Below the pieces are notes generated by a model. The model was given only the letters and a program-made list of their open reading frames with translations. It did no database searches and was not told the DNA's origin. 40,596 nucleotides of DNA from Pseudomonadota bacterium (GTDB lineage: Bacteria; Desulfobacterota; Syntrophia; Syntrophales; UBA5619), in the NCBI GenBank assembly GCA_018819165.1, contig JAHJQP010000173.1:1-40596 (forward strand), in the 5' to 3' direction. Below are positions 10,696 to 20,109 of the stretch, in pieces. The translations under genes and the position numbers were made by a program. Numbering within the stretch: position 1 is the first letter of the stretch; each line of letters begins with the position of its first letter.

Positions 10696-12510
10696 CTACA
10701 TCTGCTCCACAATCGCGCCGGATTTGCATAACTGCTGGCAGAGGCCGCAGCCGCTACAGATATTCAGGTCAATGACGGCGATCCCCTGCTGTTTTTTCCC
10801 CTCTTTCTTCTGATCACCTGAGGGATCAACGAGTTTCTTCCAAGCGATGGGAGGACAGCCAAGACCGAGGCAGAGCCTGCATCCGGTGCACTTCTCCGGA
10901 TCGACCCGAAGCGGTTTCCCCGGCGGCAATTTCTCCCTTTTGAACAGGACACAGGCGCGTCTGGAGATCACCACGGAGGGACCGGGTTTGGCCAGTTCCT
11001 CTTTCAGTACGGTTCGGGTTTTCTTCAGATCGTAGGGGTCAACCAGGCGGACGCTTTTGATTCCAAGAGCCCTGACCAGTTTGGCCAGATCAACCCCCAT
11101 CGTCTTTTCCCCCTGGAGGGTGAAACCGGTGGCGGGGTGTTCCTGCATGCCCGTCATGGCGGTGGTCAGGTTGTCGCAGATGACGATAAGCGCGTCGCTA
11201 TGATTATAGGCCATATTGAGCAGGGGCGTAATCCCCGAATGGAGAAAAGTCGAATCGCCGATCACACCGACCACCTTTCCCCTCCCCTTTTCTCCCAGGG
11301 CCTTGCTCATCCCGTGGGCCATGCCGATACTGGCCCCCATGCAGATGCAGGAATGGAGACCATCGAGAGGCTTCATAAAGGAGAGGGTATAGCAGCCGAT
11401 GTCTCCGGAAATGAAAACTTTCAGGCGGCCGAGGACGTAAAAGAGGCCGCGGTGCGGGCAGCCGGGGCAGAGATTGGGCGGACGCAGGGGAAGCTGGCGT
11501 TCCGGAAGAGCCCGCAAAATCTTGTCGTGACCGATAATCGCCCGTTCGACGATTCCCGGATCGAACTCGTTTGTGTAGGGAAAAATCGCCTTGCCGGTCA
11601 CCTCGATCCCCAGGGCGCGAACCTGTTCCTCGATGAAGGGGTCCAGTTCTTCAAGCGCATAGAGTTTCCTGACGCGTGAGGCGAACTCCCTGATCAGGCC
11701 GACAGGCAGGGGGTGTACCATCCCCAGTTTCACGTAAGAGTAGTTAGGAAAGACATCTTTGGCGTAATGGTAGGGCATCCCCGCCGTGATGATACCTACT
11801 TCCGGATCATTGATCTCCATGCGATTTTCGGGAAAGCTTTCGGCGAAGGCCTCCAACAGGCGCATCCGCTTTTCGACTTCGACCCGGCGCTTGCGGGCAT
11901 TCATCGGGACCATGACATATTTCTCCGCGTCGAAACGGATCGCGGTGCGGTCTTCCATAGTTTTAGGCGCTTCAAGCGTCACGACCGATTTTGAATGAGA
12001 CACGCGCGTGGTCGAACGGAGAAAGACGGGGGTATCGAACCTCTCGCTGATTTCGAAAGCGAGCTTGATAAATTCCTTTGCTTCCTGGCTATCGGATGGT
12101 TCGAGCATGGGGATCTTCATAAATTTGGCATAGTTGCGATTGTCCTGTTCGTTCTGGGAACTGTGCAGCGAAGGGTCGTCGGCGCTGACGACGACAAGGG
12201 CTCCGCTGATTCCGGTATAGCTTACTGTAAACAGGGGGTCCGCGGCGACATTGACCCCCACGTGTTTCATGACCACCATCACCCGGGCGCCCGCCAGAGC
12301 AGCGCCGATTCCGACCTCCATCGCCACCTTTTCATTGGGCGCCCATTCCGCATAGACCCCTTCGTAGGTGGCAAAAGCCTCCATGATTTCCGTACTCGGG
12401 GTCCCGGGATAGCCGGCGGCGAATCTCACCCCGCATTCATAAGCGCCGCGGGCGATCGCCTCATTTCCTGACAGCAATTCTTTCAAAAAACACCCCTTCT
12501 TTTTATCCAT
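10696..12510 (-). CDS. iorA: indolepyruvate:ferredoxin oxidoreductase alpha subunit
   Basis: N-terminus is LLSGNEAIARGAYECGVRFAAGYPGTPSTEI. It has a TPP region and two ferredoxin-type clusters (CTGCRLCLGLGCP, CSGCGLCQQLC). The track start 12516 is TTG, so I use ATG 12510. Confidence 0.85.
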   Translation of the reverse strand: MDKKKGCFLKELLSGNEAIARGAYECGVRFAAGYPGTPSTEIMEAFATYEGVYAEWAPNEKVAMEVGIGAALAGARVMVVMKHVGVNVAADPLFTVSYTGISGALVVVSADDPSLHSSQNEQDNRNYAKFMKIPMLEPSDSQEAKEFIKLAFEISERFDTPVFLRSTTRVSHSKSVVTLEAPKTMEDRTAIRFDAEKYVMVPMNARKRRVEVEKRMRLLEAFAESFPENRMEINDPEVGIITAGMPYHYAKDVFPNYSYVKLGMVHPLPVGLIREFASRVRKLYALEELDPFIEEQVRALGIEVTGKAIFPYTNEFDPGIVERAIIGHDKILRALPERQLPLRPPNLCPGCPHRGLFYVLGRLKVFISGDIGCYTLSFMKPLDGLHSCICMGASIGMAHGMSKALGEKGRGKVVGVIGDSTFLHSGITPLLNMAYNHSDALIVICDNLTTAMTGMQEHPATGFTLQGEKTMGVDLAKLVRALGIKSVRLVDPYDLKKTRTVLKEELAKPGPSVVISRRACVLFKREKLPPGKPLRVDPEKCTGCRLCLGLGCPPIAWKKLVDPSGDQKKEGKKQQGIAVIDLNICSGCGLCQQLCKSGAIVEQM

Positions 12511-12541
12511 CCCCAATCGTGTATGCAGAATCTCAATTTAA

Positions 12542-13219
12542 TCAACCCAGCAGGGAGATCTTCCTCTTCAGGTAAAGCGTCATCAGGGGATCAGTTGTCT
12601 TTTCCAGCGCCTTTCGGTAATATTCTGCGGCTTTGGCCGCATTGTTCATGGCCTCATAGACCCTGGCGATATTGCGGTAGTTGAGCAGCTCAAACGAGAG
12701 CGCCGTTTTTGTTTTCATCGCCTTTTCATACGAATCCAGCGCTTTATTAAAGTCATATTTCAGTTCATAACAAGACCCCAGGCTGTTATAGGCCAGGGTA
12801 ACGAGATCACTTCCCTCCCCCGCCCTGTCCAGAAAATCCTGATAGGCACTGATCGCCGCATCAACCTCCTGACGGTCGAAATAGAGATTTCCGAGCCGAT
12901 AGTAGGCTGTGATCGCTGCCCGGCTCCGCGGATACCGGGCGATAAGATCCTTACACCCCTTGATCGTTTCCGCATCACCCGCAGGAGAGCCGGCCTTCAT
13001 AGCGCTTTCAAAAACACGGGCGTAGGTATTGCCTGCGCTGCTTTCATAATTGAGCCGGTAGAGGTACCATCCGCTGGCAACCACGACAATCAGGAGGAAA
13101 AGCCCTGCCCCAGCGTAGATCCGGTTCCTGTTTTTTTTTGCAAACATCCGGACGCGGTAGAAAAAAAGTTGCAGCTTGTCCGGCTCCGTGAGCTCTTTCT
13201 TATCGATCTTTGCCGCCAT
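12542..13219 (-). CDS. membrane-anchored tetratricopeptide-repeat protein
   Basis: One TM segment (IYAGAGLFLLIVVVASGWYL) is followed by TPR-like repeats (AITAYYRLGNLYF, LAYNSLGSCYE, YRNIARVYEAM). ATG 13219 has GAGGG 6 nt upstream. The upstream part of the track ORF is Arg/Ser-rich and looks non-coding. Confidence 0.7.
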   Translation of the reverse strand: MAAKIDKKELTEPDKLQLFFYRVRMFAKKNRNRIYAGAGLFLLIVVVASGWYLYRLNYESSAGNTYARVFESAMKAGSPAGDAETIKGCKDLIARYPRSRAAITAYYRLGNLYFDRQEVDAAISAYQDFLDRAGEGSDLVTLAYNSLGSCYELKYDFNKALDSYEKAMKTKTALSFELLNYRNIARVYEAMNNAAKAAEYYRKALEKTTDPLMTLYLKRKISLLG

Positions 13220-13649
13220 TGGTTTCCCTCTGCTCCTTAGATTTTCTGATAAATTGATTGATCTTATCTGCCGTTGTCGCCGGGATGCGAAGGACCTTTC
13301 CGTTCCTGTCGGTACAGGCATGCACGGTGTACCCTTCCGTGAGGAGATTTTGCCGGTTTTCGTCCCAGATGCGATAAGTGAACTTAATGCTGGCCCGCTT
13401 CAGATAGTTGATATCCGTTTCAACCAGAACGATATCATCGTAGTACGCCGGAAGAAAATAGTGGCAGTACGCCTGTGTGAGGGGAAGATTGAAACCGGAA
13501 GCCTCCATCTCCGTATAGAGGATTTCCATCTCCCGGAAAAGCTCGGTGCGTCCGATCTCGAACCAGCGGATATAATTGGTGTGATAGACGATGCCCATGG
13601 CATCGGTATCCGCATAGATGACCCTGATCTTAACGGGGGTTCTTTTCAA
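13200..13649 (-). CDS. acyl-CoA thioesterase, 4HBT/YbgC hotdog family
   Basis: IRVIYADTDAMGIVYHTNYIRWFEIGR is the YbgC-type motif. The only in-frame start is TTG 13649, with GGAGG 7 nt upstream. Confidence 0.8.
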   Translation of the reverse strand: MKRTPVKIRVIYADTDAMGIVYHTNYIRWFEIGRTELFREMEILYTEMEASGFNLPLTQAYCHYFLPAYYDDIVLVETDINYLKRASIKFTYRIWDENRQNLLTEGYTVHACTDRNGKVLRIPATTADKINQFIRKSKEQRETNGGKDR

Positions 13650-14859
13650 GGAAGCCCCTCCAGTTGCCGATGAAAGTTTCCATGAAAAGATATCCCGGCG
13701 AAATGAGATTGCCTGTCAGGCCCGCCTCCCTTTCCCCGAAGGCGATCCCCCTGGCCTGGTTCTCCCCGGCCGAAGATGACAGGACGGCAAAGGGACTGGG
13801 ATCCCCGGTGTGTGTTTTGAGGCTGATTGGAGTGGGATGATCGCTTAAAACGACCACCCGGAAGTCCCCGAGACTTCCTATGCCCGCCAGGACCGTTCCG
13901 ACGACCTTTTCGTCGAAATCCTCGATGGCCTTTATCTTTCCTTCCACATTTCCCTCATGGCCCATCTCGTCGGGGGCCTCGACATGGACAAAAACCAGAT
14001 CGAGCTCCTTCAGGGCAGAAAGTGCCTTTTCGGCCTTTCCCAAATAGTTGGTGTCCGTGTATCCTGTGGCCCCCTCGACACTGAGGATGTCCAGTCCGGC
14101 GTAGACGCCGATGCCGTTGAGGAGGTCCACGGCCGAGATCATGCCGCCGCGGAGGCGATGCCGCTCCGTAAGCCTTTGCAGGTGCGGTGCCCTTCCCTGT
14201 CCCCACAGCCAGATGGAGGTCGCCTGCTTCAAGCCCCTGTCCCTCCTTTCCCGGTTGACCGGATGATGGGCAAGGAATTCCCGTGCGAGCCGCATCAGTT
14301 GCTTGATCTGTTCGGCCCCCTCACCCTGCGGAAGATACGGACCGACGGCCTTGCAGGTAATATCATGGGGCGGTATCGTGGCCAGATCCGCTTTCCCCCC
14401 TTTCCAAACCAGCAGATGGCGATAGCCGACCCCGGGGTAAAAGCGGAATGTTTCCGATCCGATCTTTTTATCGAGATCGCAGATGATCCTTTTTGCCTCG
14501 GCGGACGAGATATGACCGGCCGTAAAGTCGTCCATGACCGGATCGGTGCCGTCGCCGAGCGTCACGAGATTGCAGCGGAAAGCGACGTCCTCCGGCATAA
14601 GGGCGATCCCCATATTGGCGGCCTCCAGGGGGCCCCTTCCCGTGTAGCAGACGCGGGGATCGTAACCGAGAACCGCGAGGTTGGCCACGTCGCTTCCTGG
14701 CTGGAGACCGTGGGGAATGGTGTCGATCAGCCCCAGGGTTCCCCGGGAGGCCATCCGGTCCATATGGGGGGTCCGGGCATACTCCAGGGGGGTTTCCCCT
14801 CCGAGGAGGTCGAGCGGATAATCGGCCATCCCGTCGCCAAGCAAGACCACGTATTTCAT
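13630..14859 (-). CDS. cofactor-independent phosphoglycerate mutase homologue (ApgM type); candidate alternative homoserine kinase
   Basis: N-terminus MKYVVLLGDGMADYPL...TPLEYARTPHMDRMA and the metal-site region FVHVEAPDEMGHEG place it in the alkaline-phosphatase superfamily, ApgM type. It sits immediately downstream of hom. Confidence 0.75.
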   Translation of the reverse strand: MKYVVLLGDGMADYPLDLLGGETPLEYARTPHMDRMASRGTLGLIDTIPHGLQPGSDVANLAVLGYDPRVCYTGRGPLEAANMGIALMPEDVAFRCNLVTLGDGTDPVMDDFTAGHISSAEAKRIICDLDKKIGSETFRFYPGVGYRHLLVWKGGKADLATIPPHDITCKAVGPYLPQGEGAEQIKQLMRLAREFLAHHPVNRERRDRGLKQATSIWLWGQGRAPHLQRLTERHRLRGGMISAVDLLNGIGVYAGLDILSVEGATGYTDTNYLGKAEKALSALKELDLVFVHVEAPDEMGHEGNVEGKIKAIEDFDEKVVGTVLAGIGSLGDFRVVVLSDHPTPISLKTHTGDPSPFAVLSSSAGENQARGIAFGEREAGLTGNLISPGYLFMETFIGNWRGFLEKNPR

Positions 14860-14910
14860 CAGAGCTGGTTTCCTCGTAAAAAATTTCTTAAATCATGATA
14901 TCCGGAGCCG

Positions 14911-16221
14911 TCAGAGTTTATCGTCCTCGATTCGTATCAGCATAGTTTTGCCCATGACCACATCGAGCCGGTCGATATCCTCCATGGCCCTGCGGACGTC
15001 CAGTTCCCGGGCTTTGTAGGTGGTCATGACAACGGGAACGGCGCCACCCTGTTTCCGCCCCTTCTGAATGACGGCGGCGATACTGATGTTGTTTTCACCA
15101 AGGATGCCGGAGATCCTGGAAAGGACGCCGGGGCGGTCGACTGCGGAGAAACGGAAATAATAATTCGTCCTGATCTGATCGAAAGGCAGCAGCCTGATAT
15201 CCTCGATAATCTCTTCATGGAGTACCCGCGGGGGAATGCGACCGGAGATCCCTTTGAGTACATCGCGTGCAATATCGACGATATCAGAGACCACGGCGCT
15301 GGCCGTGGGCATCATGCCCGCGCCCTGGCCATAGAGGAACACCGAATCCGCTGCGTCGCCGATGATGTGAAAGGCGTTGAAATTCCCGTTGACATTGGCA
15401 AGCAGGTGATCGAAGGGGATCATCGTCGGGTGAAGCCGCGCTTCGACCTCCTGGTCTCTTTGGATCGCGATGGCCAGAAGTTTGATCCGATAGCCTAGTT
15501 CATGTGCAAATTCGATATCCTGTTCGCTGATCCTGGTGATTCCCTCCCGGTAAAGATCTTCCAGACGTACTTTTTTCCCGTAGGCTAAGGAGAGGAGAAT
15601 CGCCAGTTTATGTGCCGCGTCGATCCCTTCGACGTCGTAAGCGGGATCGGCTTCGGCAAAACCAAGGGCCTGGGCCTCCTTCAAAACCACGGCGAATGCC
15701 TTCCCCTCGTCAGTCATTTTAGTGAGAATAAAATTGGCGGTTCCATTCATGATGGCGGAGATGGACAGAATTCGATTGGCGATCAGGCTCTCCTTTACGG
15801 TCTTGATGATGGGGATGGTCCCGCCGACGCTGGCCTCGAAGCCGATATTGACCCCGTGGCGCACAGCGCTCTGAAAGATCTCGTCCCCATGGGTTGCGAG
15901 CAGGGCCTTGTTTGCCGTGACCACGTGCTTTCCCTGACTCAGGGCTGCAAGGATGAAGGTGCGGGCCGGTTCGTAACCGCCCATGAGTTCAACGACGATA
16001 TCGATCCCCGGATCATTCAGGATGTCGCCGGCATCCGTCGTGAGCAGCGCGGTATCCACCGGTATCCCTCGCGATCTCCGGATATCGATATCCGCAATCC
16101 TTTTCAGATCGATCTTGGCGCCGAGTCGTCCGGCGATGAGCTCTCCATTTTCCTGAAGGAGCTTGACGAGCCCTGTGCCGATCGTTCCGAAACCGATGAG
16201 TCCTAAAGATATCTTTTTCAT
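14911..16221 (-). CDS. hom: homoserine dehydrogenase with C-terminal ACT domain
   Basis: MKKISLGLIGFGTIGTG is the NAD-binding region. The central homoserine dehydrogenase domain is followed by an ACT-like tail (YYFRFSAVDRPGVLSRISGILGENNISI). The track start 16245 is TTG, so I use ATG 16221. Confidence 0.9.
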   Translation of the reverse strand: MKKISLGLIGFGTIGTGLVKLLQENGELIAGRLGAKIDLKRIADIDIRRSRGIPVDTALLTTDAGDILNDPGIDIVVELMGGYEPARTFILAALSQGKHVVTANKALLATHGDEIFQSAVRHGVNIGFEASVGGTIPIIKTVKESLIANRILSISAIMNGTANFILTKMTDEGKAFAVVLKEAQALGFAEADPAYDVEGIDAAHKLAILLSLAYGKKVRLEDLYREGITRISEQDIEFAHELGYRIKLLAIAIQRDQEVEARLHPTMIPFDHLLANVNGNFNAFHIIGDAADSVFLYGQGAGMMPTASAVVSDIVDIARDVLKGISGRIPPRVLHEEIIEDIRLLPFDQIRTNYYFRFSAVDRPGVLSRISGILGENNISIAAVIQKGRKQGGAVPVVMTTYKARELDVRRAMEDIDRLDVVMGKTMLIRIEDDKL

Positions 16222-16285
16222 GGTCTTTATTACCTGGAGTTGCAATTTATCGCCTGTGCTGCCATTTCCGAAAAGACTGCCAGTT

Positions 16286-16313
16286 TCTATATCAATTTGT
16301 CAGGCTTTGTCAA
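16286..16313 (-). promoter_or_regulatory. candidate sigma-70 promoter for hom (TTGACA-16 nt-TATAGA)
   Basis: Read on the minus strand in the 81-nt recG-hom gap. The -35 is a perfect TTGACA (16313..16308) and the -10 is TATAGA (16291..16286). Confidence 0.4.
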
Positions 16314-16326
16314 AAGAATTCATCCG

Positions 16327-18780
16327 TCATCCGATCTTGGCCAGCTCCAGCCTGCCGCCCCATCTTCTCAGAAGCGCCTCCCGGAGCGGGATATGATCGG
16401 ACATTTCCAATCGCGGATCTTCATCCACAAGAGCAAAGGCGTCCGCTTTGGCCTCGCTAAGGATACGGCCGTCGCGGAGGATATTGGCCACCCGGAAATC
16501 AGGCAACCCGGATTGTCTCGTCCCCATAAATTCTCCCGGGCCCCGGATGGCAAGATCCTCTTCGGCAATCCGGAAACCGTCGGTCGTTTCCTCCATGATT
16601 CGCAGGCGTTTTCGCGCATCTTCCGAGCGGCTGTACTGCGTCAGGAGAATACAGAAGGAAGGGATGTCGCTCCGCCCCACCCTGCCCCTTAACTGATGAA
16701 GCTGCGAAAGACCGAAGCGCTCCGCATGTTCGATGACCATCAGCGACGCCTCCGGGATATCAATGCCGACCTCGATGACCGTCGTTGAAACGAGGATCTG
16801 TATTTCCTTTGCGATAAAATCAGCCATAACCCGATCTTTCTCTGCCCCTTTCATCCGCCCGTGGACGAGACCGATCCGGCAGTCAGGAAAGATTTCCTCC
16901 CGCAGATGCTGTGCCATTCGCGTGGCATCCTTGAGGTCGAGGTTTTCTGACTCTTCGACGAGCGGGTAGACGATGAATATCTGATTTTCCTTCTGCACCT
17001 CGCGGCGGATAATTTCGTAGACACGGTTTCGCTGGGCCTCTGAAAAGATCTTCGTCCGGACCGGCTTCTTGCCTGGCGGCATTTCGTCGATGAGGGAGAC
17101 ATCGAGATCCCCGTATACGGTCATGGCCAGGGTCCTCGGAATCGGGGTTGCGGTCATGACGAGAACATCCGGGATAGCGCCCTTTTTCCTCAGTGCCGCC
17201 CTCTGAACTACTCCGAAGCGATGCTGCTCGTCGATCACGGCCAGCCCCAGGCGGTGGAAGGCCACCTCCTCCTGGATCAGGGCATGGGTCCCGACGGCGA
17301 TATCGCTCTCCCCGTTCTCCAGGCGTGCCTGGAGTTCCCTTTTTTCCGCCGTTTTCAGGCCTCCGGTCAGGAGTTCGATCTTCAGTCCGAGTTTGTCCGA
17401 CCAGGTCTTCAGATTTCGGTAGTGCTGTTCCGCGAGGATTTCCGTCGGCGCCATCATCGCGGACTGATATCCGTTTTCGCAGGCGATGATCATGGCGGCC
17501 ATGGATACAACCGTTTTCCCGGAACCTACGTCTCCCTGAAGCAGGCGATTCATTACCCGAACCGCGGTCATGTCCCGTTCGATTTCCGCGATGACCCGGC
17601 GCTGCGCCGACGTCAGCGCAAATGGAAGCAGGGTGTAGAATCTCTGCAGCATCTCCCCGCCCGCACGGAAGGCTATCCCATGCTCTAAGACGTCCCCTCT
17701 CTTCCTCAGGGCCATGCCGAGCTGGAAATAAAAGAATTCATCATAAATGAGCCTTCTGTGGGCTTCAGTCCTCATCTCCTGGCAGGCCTCCATCTCCTGA
17801 TCTGCCGTAGGAAAATGGACCTGACGGACGGCGTCACTGATCTCCATGAGCCCGCGTTTCCGGCATATCCTTCCCGGAATGGGACTCCACATGATATGGG
17901 CAAAATCCCGCACTACCTGCCACATGATTCTTCTGATGGTTTTCTGGTGCAGACCTTCCGTTTCAGAATAGACGGGAACGATTCTTTTGAAATGCAGCAG
18001 CTGATCCTCGTGCTCATCGAGAATTTCAAAATCGGGGTGGATCATCTCCCTCTCGAAGGGAAATCCAGTGATCTCCCCGGCCAGGATGAAGCGCCGTCCC
18101 GGTTTGAAGGTCCTTCTCAGAAAGGCCTCGCGCCCCTTGAACCATTTGGCCTTGAGAATGCCGTGGCCGTCATCGAACGTCACTTCAAAGATCCTTCTTC
18201 TGCCGTAAAAACGCATATCCGCCAGGGTGATCCTGCCCACGACGGTTTGTCTGATCCCGGGAACTGTCTCCGAGATCCGGCAAACCGTTCGGCGATCATC
18301 ATACCGACGCGGCAGAAAATATAGCAAGTCTTCGACGGTGGAGAGGTTTTTTCTGGTGAGGAGTTCGGCAACCCGGGGACCGACTCCCCGGACGGACTGG
18401 ACCGGCAGGGAAAGAAAATTAAGGGCGCTTCCCCCCTCTTCAGGCGCGGAGAGCCCGCCGCCTTCCCCCGCCGGCAGGTTCTGCTGGATCGACTTCAATA
18501 CTGAGAGATGATGGATGGCCTCCGCAAGACGATCCCTTTTGAGTTCGGTGAGCAGGCTGTCGTATCCGTCGAACAGATTCAGCAGCGCGACGGCAATCCT
18601 CTCGAGTTCACCCTTCTGTGTTTCGGGCGCTTCACGGTTTATGCCATCCTGCAGCTGTCGTGCGAGGGAGGTCATGACGGCCTCCAGATTCTTGACCAGC
18701 GAGATGCGGTCGAAGGAGTCCCCTGCGGCAAACGAAAGAGGCGCCTCCATCTTTTCCAGTATTTTCCCCAGTGATTCCAT
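16327..18780 (-). CDS. recG: ATP-dependent DNA helicase RecG (with about 125-aa N-terminal extension)
   Basis: Wedge region is VRGVGPRVAELLTRKNLSTVEDLLYFLPRRY. Helicase motifs are GDVGSGKT, DEQHRFGV and TATPIPRT, with QLHQLRGRVGR at the C-terminus. Confidence 0.9.
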   Translation of the reverse strand: MESLGKILEKMEAPLSFAAGDSFDRISLVKNLEAVMTSLARQLQDGINREAPETQKGELERIAVALLNLFDGYDSLLTELKRDRLAEAIHHLSVLKSIQQNLPAGEGGGLSAPEEGGSALNFLSLPVQSVRGVGPRVAELLTRKNLSTVEDLLYFLPRRYDDRRTVCRISETVPGIRQTVVGRITLADMRFYGRRRIFEVTFDDGHGILKAKWFKGREAFLRRTFKPGRRFILAGEITGFPFEREMIHPDFEILDEHEDQLLHFKRIVPVYSETEGLHQKTIRRIMWQVVRDFAHIMWSPIPGRICRKRGLMEISDAVRQVHFPTADQEMEACQEMRTEAHRRLIYDEFFYFQLGMALRKRGDVLEHGIAFRAGGEMLQRFYTLLPFALTSAQRRVIAEIERDMTAVRVMNRLLQGDVGSGKTVVSMAAMIIACENGYQSAMMAPTEILAEQHYRNLKTWSDKLGLKIELLTGGLKTAEKRELQARLENGESDIAVGTHALIQEEVAFHRLGLAVIDEQHRFGVVQRAALRKKGAIPDVLVMTATPIPRTLAMTVYGDLDVSLIDEMPPGKKPVRTKIFSEAQRNRVYEIIRREVQKENQIFIVYPLVEESENLDLKDATRMAQHLREEIFPDCRIGLVHGRMKGAEKDRVMADFIAKEIQILVSTTVIEVGIDIPEASLMVIEHAERFGLSQLHQLRGRVGRSDIPSFCILLTQYSRSEDARKRLRIMEETTDGFRIAEEDLAIRGPGEFMGTRQSGLPDFRVANILRDGRILSEAKADAFALVDEDPRLEMSDHIPLREALLRRWGGRLELAKIG

Positions 18781-19004
18781 GCCTCATCCCATTCGGTTAT
18801 TGAGATGAATCCATTATGATATCGAACAGAAAGCGATCGTGCTGTTAGCAGATATTCCTTCTTTTCGCAAGGAAAGAATTGACTTTCAAGAGTATTTCAG
18901 TTAGATGAAAAAACCGCTTCTGAAATGGAGCGGATATGCCTTGCATCGCCGATTGATGTTTTTCCTTCTGTCCGGACGCAGGCGCAGAAAACACGGGAGT
19001 TCTT

Positions 19005-20048
19005 ATGCAGGAAAAGATGACATACAGTGCAGCGGGTGTTGATATCGACCGGGCTAATTCTTTTGTCGAAAGGATAAAACCCCTGATCAAGGGGGCTTCG
19101 CGCCGCGAAGTGATGAGCGGCATCGGCGGGTTCGGAGGTCTCTTTCATCTGGATATCGGCAAAAACAGGGATCCTATCTTGGTTTCCTCAACCGACGGCG
19201 TGGGCACCAAGCTCAAAATTGCCCAGATGATGGACAAACACGATACGGTGGGGATAGACCTCGTGGCCATGTCCGTAAACGACGTCATCGTGCAGGGGGC
19301 GGAGCCGCTCTTCTTTCTGGACTATATCGCCACGGGCAAGATCCATATAGAAACGACCGTTCAGATCGTGGAGGGTGTCGTCAGGGGGTGTCAGGAAGCC
19401 GGGTGTGCACTTATCGGGGGAGAAACGGCGGAGATGCCCGGGTTTTACCCGGCCGGTGAGTATGATCTGGCCGGTTTCTGCGTCGGAGTGGTTGATGCGG
19501 ATAAATTGATCGACGGTTCCGATATTCGCGTCGGAGACCGGATCGTCGGTATTGCCTCTTCGGGTCTTCACAGCAACGGTTTTTCTCTGGCCAGGCGGGT
19601 CCTTTTTGACGAAGGAAAGCTCCATCCCAACGATCGGGTGGATGGTCTCGAACAGCCCCTCGGACTGGAACTTCTCAAGCCCACGAAAATCTACGTGAAA
19701 CCGATTTTGAACCTCATAAAGAACTTTAACATCCTGGGACTCGTGCACATTACCGGCGGCGGTTTCCTGGACAATATTCCGCGAATTGTACCCGGCCCTT
19801 GTCGGGCCGTCATTAGGAGGGGAACATGGCCGGTGTCGCCCGTTTTCGATCTGATCCGCAAAACGGGGAATATTGAGGAGATGGAAATGCTCCGGGTCTT
19901 CAACATGGGGATCGGCATGATCCTCATCGCAGCCGAGAAGGACGAGGCGGAAATCTTAGAGAGGCTGGAAATGTTAGGCGAAAAGGCTTATGCTATCGGT
20001 ATGATCGAAAAGAGGGAAAACGATCAGTTAGCGGTCTCTTTCGTGTAG
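19005..20048 (+). CDS. purM: phosphoribosylformylglycinamidine cyclo-ligase (AIR synthetase)
   Basis: Motifs MTYSAAGVDIDRAN..., GGFGGLF, DGVGTKL, DLVAMSVNDV and SSGLHSNGFSL. GGGAG lies 5 nt upstream of ATG 19005. Confidence 0.9.
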   Translation: MQEKMTYSAAGVDIDRANSFVERIKPLIKGASRREVMSGIGGFGGLFHLDIGKNRDPILVSSTDGVGTKLKIAQMMDKHDTVGIDLVAMSVNDVIVQGAEPLFFLDYIATGKIHIETTVQIVEGVVRGCQEAGCALIGGETAEMPGFYPAGEYDLAGFCVGVVDADKLIDGSDIRVGDRIVGIASSGLHSNGFSLARRVLFDEGKLHPNDRVDGLEQPLGLELLKPTKIYVKPILNLIKNFNILGLVHITGGGFLDNIPRIVPGPCRAVIRRGTWPVSPVFDLIRKTGNIEEMEMLRVFNMGIGMILIAAEKDEAEILERLEMLGEKAYAIGMIEKRENDQLAVSFV

Positions 20049-20109
20049 AGGAGATGATTTTTCAATCTGGCGGCAATTACGTTGACGTTTTGAACGCAGG
20101 AACCATGTC

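Noticed and set aside
12542-13321. N-terminal extensions of track ORFs; also 27935..28858, 32743..33684, 29823..30728, 14911..16245, 10696..12516 and 22244..23593
   Set aside because: The longest-ORF starts are often TTG/GTG codons that overlap the upstream gene and add Arg/Ser-rich, non-homologous residues. I chose internal ATG starts with SD sequences that match the expected family N-termini.
13957-14898. 313-aa + strand ORF
   Set aside because: It is antisense to the ApgM-like gene, which has strong family signatures on the minus strand.
18781-19004. Possible purine/ZTP-type riboswitch upstream of purM, and a palindrome ACGATcataaATCGT upstream of guaB (3996..4010)
   Set aside because: I found only short 5-6-bp hairpins and none of the conserved riboswitch core sequences I know. 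The guaB palindrome is short and does not match the E. coli PurR-box consensus I know (ACGCAAACGTTTGCGT); I know of no equivalent motif for this lineage.
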